Source of the DNA: Paraglomus brasilianum
Lineage: Eukaryota
Length of the DNA: 20,000 nt
Assembly (NCBI GenBank): GCA_910592345.1
Contig: CAJVPI010000030.1
Coordinates: 55,922-75,921, forward strand
Direction of reading: 5' to 3'
Of the stretch, positions 1-10,400 are shown one piece after another. The notes beneath the pieces are model-generated. The model was not told the origin of the DNA and searched no databases. It worked only from the letters and a program-made list of their open reading frames with translations. How positions within the stretch are numbered: the stretch's first letter is position 1; each line of letters starts with the position of its first letter. Position numbers and translations under genes: made by a program.

Positions 1-1095
1 TTTAAGTTATAACGTCATTTCCGAGCGTACCGGTCGAGATAAGAATACTTTTCAGAATTTTATTCTCTTCTATTGTAAACTTCAGTTGTGCAGGAGTGGC
101 GGAGAATTCAACAAATGCGATGACAACAAGTGTATTACATCTCAGGAACATATTTCCATTGTAGTCCAGGCATACCATGTCATTTCTTCTGAAATGAACA
201 TACTTGTATAATCAACAAGAAGTCATAACGTCATAAAAAGATGGTATGCGTATAGAAGGTCGATTTAAAAGTCGCAATGACATACTATGTTAAAACCTTC
301 TACTAAAAGGTCATCGTCGTCACTTAGAAAGTCTTGTCTTCACATTTTCCTCAAATTATGTCTATTTTTAAATGTAAAACAAACACTTTATTTCTCAATG
401 TATGAAAATCTGTCTGTTTGTGTCTTATCTCTATAAGTTTTAACTCATTAAAGACCAATACACTTATATAACGCAGAAAGTTTCTACACAAGCTTACTGT
501 TAATTGATGTGTTTCCTGCTATTCTAAGAAATCCCGGCTTATATTAGGTACGGTAATTATTGAGTGTCCGCCTTCTGCATTGTTCGTCATTTCTGTAATA
601 ATTTCAATTGTATTTAATATTATTGATTCATATTACTGTATTATATTAATGTTACGACATCAATCTACTACTATTGCTATGTCACACCGAATAGGCAAAT
701 TCCAGACTTTAAATTTCCCTATTGCTACGTAGGAGAATGTTTTTCTGATGCAGCATAACGATAATAATAATAAGCAAATTGGTGTCCCGATCTCATACAG
801 TCGGGGAATATACCGAAAACGGAAACGTGTTCTAGAATGATCTGCAGCCAATTCTTGAAATTTGATTGGCTTACGCACTCTTTACGCCTGCATTCTTTGC
901 CCTATTCGAAAACCATACAAACATACAGAAAAAGACCCCTACTTTCAATATTTGCTAATAATCAAAAATAGTCAATCCGTTTCGAAAAAGTAAATGAGAC
1001 GTGAAATTTACAGTTTTTGCATGCGCTAGCGTCTTAAGACGAAATGACGAACGTAATTTCGCTAACTAAGTTGTATTCAAACAATCTTTTGAACA

Positions 1096-2332
1096 GTGTC
1101 TGTTTATAAAAAGCCAATAGCAAGAGACCTTCTGTGCGTTTTTGCGACTTTAGTTGAAGCATATAGTGAAGTTGGGCTGAGATCATGTGAAGTGAAAGAA
1201 CCACAAATGTGGCGGCATGCGAGCACCCAGGAAACAGCTAAGCGGCTTGCACTCTACCATAATTATATTACTGAACTTGCTAATCTACATTCTTCATTAA
1301 AGTAATATGCGATTTGTGAAAGACACTACAATCAAATTATTGCTACTAATCATTTTTATCAGCATTTAATAAATCACAGTCAAGAAGTAAAAGGATCCGG
1401 CTCGATTATGGTAAAGATAAAATCGCTCAAGCCGAGCTTGCTCGGTTAGAAAATCGACAGAAATCTCAGTCTATAACAGAACAGAACAACCAGATTGTAC
1501 GAATGCAGCAGGATCAGAGCACTGAAGTCGAAAAACCAAAGAAACAACTACAGAAGGCTTATAAAGATATGAATGAGATTATGAAGAAGAATGAAATTCT
1601 TACTGAACGGAATTCACGATTTTCTGATTACTGCAAACGTGTTAGCGCGATCGTTAAAATAGCTAAGGAAGAACGTATATATACGATGATGTAAAATCAT
1701 TAATCCGAGATAACAATAGGTTCTCGATAGACAATATCACGGCCGAGTAAACGCAACCAAGTCATTGTTAAATTTGTTGAAACTCTGACTCACAACAATC
1801 GAGACAGTGATATTCTCTTGAGCCCGGAAAAGCTTTTTAAGACTGTCGTCATAGTTGATTCAATATACAGTGCAGGACATGGGAAATATGTATCGATGCC
1901 AAAGATTTCGAGCTTACTTGAGAAGACTTGAATTTTTGAATCCAGTGAATATGAGAACCGTTTGTCGAAGCCTAGGAGAAGAATATGAATTAAGCGAACA
2001 TTTGAAAATTTTCACTTATTTAGCAAAACTAGCTCGACAGAAATTTATTGATAAAGTACATGATTTATTAACAAAACCCGTCCTTCTTCATTTAGGTCAA
2101 TTCCGATTACAAAAAAAGAAGAAAATACGAGCAAAGCAGAGATTTTGCTGAAAATCGAAGCACTTCTCGAACAACTTGGTGAAAGTGTCCAGAAGAAATA
2201 TTCTGGACTAAGGTCAAAAAGCAAAGTGAACTGTTAGATATATTAGCAGACATAAAATACCTACTTAGTTCAGATAATAGAGTTGATAACCACAATTGTT
2301 TAGAGAGTCCAGGAACAAATAAGCAAGAGTAA
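1096..2332 (+). pseudogene. Frameshifted/deleted relic of a hypothetical (possibly transposon-associated) protein gene
   Basis: Protein-like segments continue across stops and frameshifts on one strand: ...LHSSLK*YAICERHYNQIIATNHF..., coiled-coil-like MQQDQSTEVEKPKKQLQKAY..., RNQVIVKFVETL...PEKLFKTVVIVDSIYSAGHGKYVSM, LRRLEFLNPVNMRTVCRSLGEEYELSE..., SKAEILLKIEALLEQLGESVQKKYSGLRSK..., ending at TAA 2330-2332. No intact ORF; family not identified. Confidence 0.55.
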
Positions 2333-2989
2333 TTTACGATTTTTATAAGACTTTATCAATAAATTATTATTATTCTGTAACAAAAATCTTGATCAGTGTT
2401 CATTACTTATTAAGGAGCGATAATCATATGTGCGAGTTTTTTTTCCTTTCAAACGATCCGGATAGTTTTCTTTGCTAGTAATTGGAATTTGGCCGTCGTC
2501 ACTCCGTGTGCAACAGTGACTTTCACCAGATGATCCACGTTGATTCTATTTTAGAAAACTGTCATGAATGGTGTATATCAAGAAGTCATTCATTGATACT
2601 GCAACATACCTTTTTGGCAGACCAATGATGCATTCAAATTTTTTCGGCAAGTTGTTAAATATTTGGGCTCCATTTTCATTTTCATTGATGTCAGGTGACC
2701 TTTTGATCATCATCAACTTCAATGCTTATACAATTCTTTTTTTTTGACGCCTGGTGTGTGAATAGTAATGAGGTAGAGCCTATTGAAAGAGATTTAGTTG
2801 TGTGTGTGCAATATTAGACAATGGAGGTAATTAGGCTGCCACAAACCCTTGGCTCTCTTGCAGCACATATTGACATGGTACGATAGGTTTGATAGGTTCA
2901 TCTACTCTTATTCTTTTATGCTTGATAAAGAAACAAATGATTAGAGTATATTTTATGATACACTTTGGTTAGTCTGACAAATGAATAAC

Positions 2990-3445
2990 CTACAATCTCA
3001 TAGTTGACTTTCCTTCCAGACTTGAAATACATAGCTGCAGAAAATCAGACTGTTCCACAGTCAAATGGTCCTGTGAATGTCCAACCTTCTATTACATTGT
3101 AGAATCTGGATGCATCATTGTGTGTCACAAAGTGGATATGGCCATATCTAGAGGTTTTGAGTTTTCGAGTCCTTTATTGGTTATCTAGAGGTTTTGAAGA
3201 TTGGTTAAATTTACTGGGCATAAACACGAAGAATCTGCCAACAAAATTTCTCACCCTTTGACTTGTTTTTTTTAAATATGCTCAAAGGGAATAAATGTCA
3301 ATTTCCATAACCATGCTTCAATATCATCATGCTTTATCCCTTCAACAGTACCCATTAAAAAAACTGACAACTCAGGCTTGCCACAGCAAACTCGCTTTTT
3401 ATAAGCAGGTAACTCATGCAAACCTACAAATACAGTAGTAGAAGA
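2990..3445 (-). pseudogene. Degenerate RRM-like coding remnant
   Basis: After a polypyrimidine/CAG acceptor (3446-3448) the minus strand reads SSTTVFVGLHELPAYKK...SVFLMGTVEGIKHDDIEAWLWKL (RNP2-like TVFVGL), then after stops and a frameshift KTSRYGHIHFVTHNDASRFYNVIEGWTF (RNP1-like). Premature stops and CpG depletion; may continue to about 2425. Confidence 0.4.
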
Positions 3446-4180
3446 CTGTCAGAAAATATAGAAACAATGAAGTAAGCAACTCCCTTCACACAAAATGGAA
3501 GGGCAGGCCAACAAGATACATGTTATGCTCATTCACAGACAAGAGGTATGCACTTCAGAGAACTGAAGGGTGGCTGACACATCCATGTGTCAGATGGTGG
3601 CCCTCCTTTCAGAGGGTGGCAATGGCTCTCTCACATAAAAAGTGTGACTGCACACTCATGTGTTAAGTGGCAGAAGGTTGGCACTCTCACAAAGAGAGGT
3701 GTATGTTCCAAAGGCAGCAAGCTTTCTTTGTAAAAAAAATGTGCACCAGGTATTATGCCTACTGTTAAGTGTCATGCCAGTGCTATTATCCATGATCAGC
3801 AAATAAAAGAGTAGGATTGAGGAAGTTATATGACGGGGGATGAAAGAGTAGGATTGAGGAAAAGTCGCATTGTAGTTGAGGTGATGGGGTTGGAAAAAAA
3901 TCAAACCAATGGCTTGGCTAAAACTGTAGCTGGGTCACAGGATATATCAGGTGACGTGAACATGTGCTGAGAACATGTTTGGGTAAATAAACATGAAAGA
4001 TTAATTGGTGCAGACTATTGGATAATAAGTTTTCGTAACACAAGTTAATGGAACTTGACTAAACTTAATAAGGAAGCTAGCAAAAAAAAAAGTTTTTGCA
4101 AATTTAATATTTATCACTATGGCTCTGAGTAATATGCAAGATACCTTGTTTTAAAGTTAAAAAGTTATAGTTTTTATTGT

Positions 4181-4797
4181 TATGGTGCAAGTCATCTATA
4201 CCTGACAATCACGTGATGAAAAAATAAAGCAATTTTAAATCTTTCAACTTCTTACACATATGAGAAATTAAAAATCCAACTGGTAACTTTGTTCTTCATA
4301 ACAAGCTCTACATCAGATTTTTGATTAGATTTTTTGTGAAAAGGTTTAGGGATTTAAAGTTTTTGTGTTAATTCAAAATTGAAACAATCACATGATCATG
4401 TGAGTAGCATATAATTGGTTAAATTGGTAGATCGAACTAAATATGGTGCAAGTGATGGCATTTTTAAAGTCTTCAACTTCTTACACAGATGAGATATCAA
4501 AAATCTGACTGACAACTTTGTTCTTCATAACAAGCTCTACAAGTTACTGGTTAGATTTTTGATTAGATTTTTTTGTGAAAAGTTTTAGGGATTTAAAGTT
4601 CTTATGTTAGTTCAACCACATGATCATATTAGTAGCATATAATTGGTTAAAATTGGTAGATCAAAACTAAATATATTATTATTATAGCTTTTTGAAGAAA
4701 AGCTTGTTTGATTTGCTTATCATATTACAATATTATTGGTCAATTAAAATTGAAACAAATCACGTGATTGTCGAGTATAGATGACTTTTGCACCATA
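4181..4797. mobile_element. Non-autonomous MITE-like element nested just after the transposase stop codon
   Basis: About 37-39 bp terminal inverted repeats: TATGGTGCAA--GTCATCTATACCTGACAATCACGTGAT (4181-4217) versus the reverse complement of 4759-4797, TATGGTGCAAAAGTCATCTATACTCGACAATCACGTGAT. TA at both outer edges (putative TSD); no coding capacity. Confidence 0.75.
4233..4674 (+). repeat. Imperfect direct duplication, about 210 bp x2 (4233-4444 and 4463-4674)
   Basis: Shared blocks TTCAACTTCTTACACA, AACTTTGTTCTTCATAACAAGCTCTACA, TTTTTGATTAGATTTTTTGTGAAAAG, AGTAGCATATAATTGGTTAAA. A copy of the TIR start ATATGGTGCAAGT lies at the junction (4441-4453). Confidence 0.9.
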
Positions 4798-4801
4798 TTA
4801 A

Positions 4802-5751
4802 TTAAAATGAGATTTGTTCACCATTTTTTTCAATAGTTGCTTCACATCTCTTTCACTAAATTTCTTAAGACATCATCAGGAATGGCATTCCATTCCTCAA
4901 CCATAAAGCTCTAATTCACCACGGTTTTGGGGCATTCTTTTTTTCACTTTATTCTTAACAATAGGCCAGAGGTTTTCAATGGGGTTGAGGACAGGACTGT
5001 TACTTGGCCAGTCAATAACTTCAGGAACATTTTCCTGAAGGAATGATTTGGCTAGGCGGCTGGTATGTTATCTTGTTGGAGCCGCCATTTATTTCCCATC
5101 ATTTGATAAACCTCTGGAATATGTTTTTGAAGTATTTCTACATAGAATGCGGCATCCATATTTCGAAAAAAACAAAACAAATTGGTTTTACCGCCTATAT
5201 AAAATCCACCCCATGCAAGAATTTTTGTTCGATTTTTCGGAAGAGGGCGGACTGGTCTTTCGCCTTTATGCCAGCGTTTTATGTGTTACGGAAGAGCTGA
5301 AAGGCTGTCTCATCCGTAAATAGTGTTTTCTTCCAGTTATCGTTAAGGTGCTTTTTGGCCCATTCAACACGTCTTTTCTTATTGTCTGGGGTAAGCATTG
5401 GTGTTGCGACTGGAAGACTTTTTTTATAACCAATACTTTTCAGATGCCTTGAGACAGTCACATACGATGCTTCGATACCTTCTTTTGACAGTCTAGTTGC
5501 CAATGTTCTGAGAGAGTTTGAAGAATTGCGTCGAATTTGTTGACCTAGTATTCTCGAACCTGCCGCAGTAATCTTCTTTGGTCGGCCACTTTTATTGTCA
5601 GGTGTGTTGTTACTTTTTTTTTTCTAATTTTTTAACATTATAATATATTGTTCGAAGTGATATATTTGTGAGATTATGAAGCTCTTTGGCAGTACGCACT
5701 CCTTGGTTCCAAAACTTGACGGTGTAGTTCTTTCTCTGATACTGGAGACAT
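4802..5751 (-). pseudogene. Tc1-family DDE transposase pseudogene
   Basis: ATG 5751 to TAA 4802 with several frameshifting deletions. Motifs: HTH region, SGRPKKIT, RRVEWAKKH, LFTDETAF (first D), ILAWGGF, RLQQDN (second D, following DPK deleted), WPSNSPVLNPIENLW (E; consensus SPDLNPIE), EEWNAIP. Confidence 0.9.
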
Positions 5752-6057
5752 GTTTAATTAGAATTGTTTATAATACATAAGCAATATGGTATACAAACAT
5801 GTCAATTTATAGTACAAATGTTTGTGTTTATTATGCATTTTACGTGACGCGATTTGATACAAAATTGGAAGAGCTACGCGTATTTTTGTTATGCCAAATT
5901 TTTTGCAAAAACTTTTGTAACACGCTGTATTTACCCTTGCCGCGATTTACGACGTAGCGTACTTCTGCATTTATGTTTGTTTGTAGGCGCTTTTTATTCT
6001 TATTTCATGGATAAATAAATAATAACTAGACACACATTACATCATCATTACATTTTC

Positions 6058-6234
6058 CCAAAATAGACGATCAATCCATATTACGGCAAATTTCAAAAAC
6101 ATACAGTTCTATTCCCAAAAAACGTCGTATTTTACCGTTAACGGCATGAACGCTTCCCGCAAACAATTCCCTTTGCAGAATTGCTTTGCGCTCACCGTCA
6201 AGATCGACGTTACCAAGTATATCTCTATTTTTGG
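6058..6234 (-). ncRNA. Candidate structured RNA element (long imperfect hairpin) downstream of CRM1
   Basis: Nested complementary blocks 6121-6127/6205-6211, 6138-6144/6195-6201, 6147-6153/6188-6194, 6158-6163/6185-6190, 6164-6169/6178-6183, plus outer 6058-6067/6224-6234 or 6095-6104/6217-6226. Several pairs are G.U only on the minus strand. Confidence 0.45.
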
Positions 6235-7470
6235 ACGACCAATTTTTCGCTCCCGGTCAAGCATACTTGGTATACTGCATTAACCGTGCACCTTGCTTAA
6301 ACAGAAATGCCTTTTCCATCGACAAAGCAGTCCTTCGAGAATATGAACGCTTGGAACAAAAATCCACAGACTATCAATCAATCGCAGTAATATTTTCATT
6401 CCCACCACCCTGTTATCTCGTCCATTCACTACATGTATATATTATTTGCAATCATAAAATATAAAATAACATGTGCTTTCTTTCCCAAAGAATCGTTAAC
6501 ATTGACTTCCGAAAAACAATTCGCAATCTTCATTTACCCACGCATAAACATATGGCAACGAACAAACTTCCTATCATTACTGCAATGATAAAAAATTCCC
6601 ACATTAATACGATAATAATACTGTAATCTAGTAATACGAAAACCAAAACATATACCCAATCAATACGTCACACTTTTACTTTCCAAATAATAACCCAAAA
6701 TACGATATTATATCATCGACTAGTGACACACAAAACCATTACCGTATGATAACATACTCTCCAAAAATATATCTCACGCCTGTCTTCCATATCGTTAGAT
6801 ATGTAAAAAAAACCATTAACATAACAATAAAATAGTCCTATAAGCAAACTGAACACGTCCCCCAGCGGCAGCGGAAACAGAGAATCTATTCATGAAATCA
6901 AACGTTATCAATTTCTATGAGTAATCCGATCAAAGGACGATTTTGCGAGTAGTTTGGTTCCATGCGTAATTTTTTTTTCTAGAATTCCTTATTTCAACAT
7001 TCGTATCATTCATACCTGTTATGGGTAACAGCAAAGCCAATTCCTTTACCCTGTTAAAACGGATAAGAAATGACTACCACCATGTTGATGAGCCAATAGT
7101 GTAGAGTGTAGATTTTATGCACATCTTAACTTAGAAGGTTAGCGTTTAAAATGAATCCCAAAATAATGGTAACGTTAATTAATTAATTAATATTAAATAT
7201 CGAATATTCAAATATGGGAGTAAATTATTCGTTTCGTATAAACTCAGAGAATTGATAATACAAGGAAACGTTTAAGAACACCCAAGTCTCCCTTTAATAA
7301 TCGAGTGTGCTCTCAGATACTCAAGCTCATAATACATTTAATATCGCTCAGATTTCACCCTCTCAATTTCCACCCTGAAAATGTTCCTTAAAATCTTATA
7401 AACCCGCTAGCTACCATATCTAAATATAATAACCTCCAATTACTCCCTTTCTATATATATAACTTATTCT

Positions 7471-10400
7471 TTATTCTTCTTCCATTGGCAAGTCAGCCGG
7501 TTTCACCAGTCCAGGAACTTTGAGAGCATTTGCTATATCTGCCTGTTTCTGTCGTTCACTCTCCGCTTCTCGCTCATCAATGTATAGATCCGCATTGTCT
7601 TCTGCGAACTCTTTAAGCTGGATGAGGAAATCTCTGAGATGAAGTTTGAACTTGAGAAAGTCTTGGTTGAGAGCAAACAATCCATTAACAAAGACCGTGA
7701 TTTGATTACTATACGTATAGATGTAAAAGACACACAGACTCGTTAGCTTTCGGATTGAAACAATTTCAAATGCACAATACATCGATACAGACGTTTGTAA
7801 ATGTGGGAAAGCATTCCTTAGCAACGTCATGACATACTCTCGGAGGAACCTTTGGTTTGTCATTGATGGATCCCCAATTTCTGCTGGGTTGAACAGAGGT
7901 GCTTGCACAGCTCCCGATTCAACAATTTGGAAAATCCGCGCGAGAACCATAGCCTGATACTTGAAGCCTGGCGTAAATTTAAGAGCATTAGCCATGAATA
8001 AGGTGTAACCCTTATAGCTATTCAGAATAAACCATACCGCTCTTGTGATCCGTATCGGTGAGGACGAAAAACACATCTTGCACGAGGTTCAATAAGTATT
8101 GTTGATAGAAGAAATTTGCAACATTGGCATCTGACCGAGCAATGTTATCTATAAGCTCAAGACAGATATTTAGACCAACATCGGCTATTTCCCGCATTGT
8201 ATGCTTGAACGCCCACACGATACTATCAATAATGAGTTTGAACTGTGCCGGTGGAATAGTCAAAAGAGCTACAAAGGAGAGAATATCAGTGTATAATGTA
8301 AAATGGTTCAATACAAGTTTTTGTATTTATTACCTGGGAAACAGAATTGATTTATGGCACGTATAAGTTTAAAGAACCCAACACGATGATCCGGGTATTC
8401 CGAAAGGTCCTTATTAATCATGTTTAGAGTAGGTTCGAACACAGCGTTCAGTATTGCAGGAACTTCGGCAGTAATCAGTCCCTATGCAATATAATAAGAA
8501 ATTAGTAAATTGGAAATTCTTATTGTCGGAAGAAGTGTTGGAAAATGCTTACCCCTAAACGAGTGATTATCGTAGCCATCACACTGAGGACCTCTGCATC
8601 TCGGGCTTGTTCAACGTTTTTACTATAGTCAACAAGAACGGCCTCGAGCAATGGCGGTATTAAATGTTGTGATACTTGAGTTAAATCCTCTGCTTTTAAA
8701 ATATAGCTTTCCATCAGCTTCAGTGTCTCTTTTTTAATAGTACGAAAACCTCTTATTCGGGGCGTTCTTGTTGCAATGCTACCTATAGTCGATATAAACA
8801 TGATTAGCAATAGCCGTGTTGTCGATGATATTTATGCTGAATGCATACATAAAATCATTCGAACCATCTTTCGCTACACTCGCTGACACCATTCCACTGA
8901 CACATTCATAAAGACGTAAAAGGGCAACATAATTTCTTGCAAGCTGTACTTGATACCCCGAACCAATAGAGCTGCATGCCGCAACATTAACTTTGAGGAC
9001 GTGACCAAGAGACTTGATTGTCTCTGCTCGATTAAGTATTTCCACGTTGCGAGAGATTTCGTCTATTATTTGGTCCCACTGTATTCAAGAAACGTAATTC
9101 GTAAGTACATGGAGTAATAGCCAAAATAATTGCTGATTACGTGGAGACTTACAACATAATTCGGTGGTTCAAAGAATTTTATGATCAACTTTTCTTGCGT
9201 GTTCTTATTCGTTTGGGAAGCAATCATATAACCAACGGCTTCATAGAAAGTTTGTACCTGCAGTCAGCTAATAATGAGCCATCTGACCAAAGTCTTAATT
9301 CACGCCTACGGGATAAACCCAAAAATGCGACAATCACCTGTTGATGAGACAGATCCATCGTAATCTTGTCTACGCTGAGAATAATTTCTTCGACAAACGC
9401 AGAGTGTTCGCCTTGTTGCACTTGAACGAATTGACGTCGACATTTCTGGGCTATCTTCATGAAAGTATCGCATGCCATATCCTGTACACCTAATAGACAG
9501 TAACAATGTAACTCGTGCACGTAAGTGGTATGTAGACAGCAATATTGTGACTGATGAATACTAGTTACCTTCGTGTGTCTCATGCATGAATTCGAATAAT
9601 TTGTTAACAACAGTCTTAAGGAACTTCCAATGAGCCTTGAGGAACCGAGGATACTGTCCAACGATGTACATAATGTTGGATGCCACTATGGCTTTGTTGT
9701 CTTTTCCCCGCTTAGCCTCGCAAAGACCCAAAAGTTCTTTGATGACAGTCACCAAGAATCGTTTCTCCGTATCCTCATCTGCAACAAGTATTGGAAAAAT
9801 TACAGACTGGACATAATACAATCAAAAGGATTGTTAATAAAAATATATATTTACTCATCGCGCCGGATATAGATCCAATAGCCCAACAGAGTTTATTCAA
9901 GTTATTCCATGACCATTCTGATCCGTCAACCTATACAAGGAAAAGACATTTAAATAAGCAAGTATGGAAAAAAATGCACGCACACATGAACAGACCTGTC
10001 TGTTTAGTTTCTCTGTCATAATGATTTCGGTATTATGGACGTCTAAGTGGGTAAGATATACTAAGCATTCGCGCATACTCTTATAAAGCATGATGGTATC
10101 GCAGTCCTTCATAAACTCGCGGACTACTTCGCCTTCGTCATTTTCCACGACGAGAACCTTTTCCAATATTCAACGATCAGATATGAATCCCATATATTAC
10201 AGGTGGCCCAATGACTAAAATACTCGACCACTTACCTCTTCTGGTTTCACCATACGATCTATCATCACTACACGAAGATTCGTCAAGATGTCCGAGTAGT
10301 AGTGTTTGCGAAGTGGAATATTAGCTAGTGCAGATGGTGCCGAACTTGCAGTCGAGGATAGTGACAGAAGAGGCATATCAAGAACAGGCAAGTTTCTTAT

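Larger units (their letters stand above)
4088..5929 (-). mobile_element. Defective Tc1/mariner (IS630-Tc1-mariner superfamily) DNA transposon
   Basis: Right end reads TA-CAGCGTGTTACAAAAGTTTTTGCAAA on the minus strand (TA at 5928-5929), a Tc1-like terminus. The partial inverted match AAAAGTTTTTGCAAA at 4088-4102 marks a truncated opposite TIR. It encloses a transposase pseudogene and a nested MITE. Confidence 0.75.

Noticed and set aside
689..908. Inverted pair CGAATAGGCAAA / TTTGCCCTATTCG suggesting a ~220-bp MITE
   Set aside because: Only about 12 bp with an indel, no clear TSD and no further extension.
5043..5323. Plus-strand ORFs of 85 and 91 aa
   Set aside because: Antisense shadows of the transposase pseudogene.
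6186..6464. 92-aa plus-strand ORF
   Set aside because: Non-ATG start, no recognisable motif; the region looks non-coding with structure favouring the opposite strand.
7131..7142. TTAGAAGGTTAG as a possible telomerase RNA template (1.5 repeats of an 8-mer)
   Set aside because: Does not match TTAGGG and no convincing pseudoknot or three-way junction was found; reconsider only if this organism's telomeres are TTAGAAGG.
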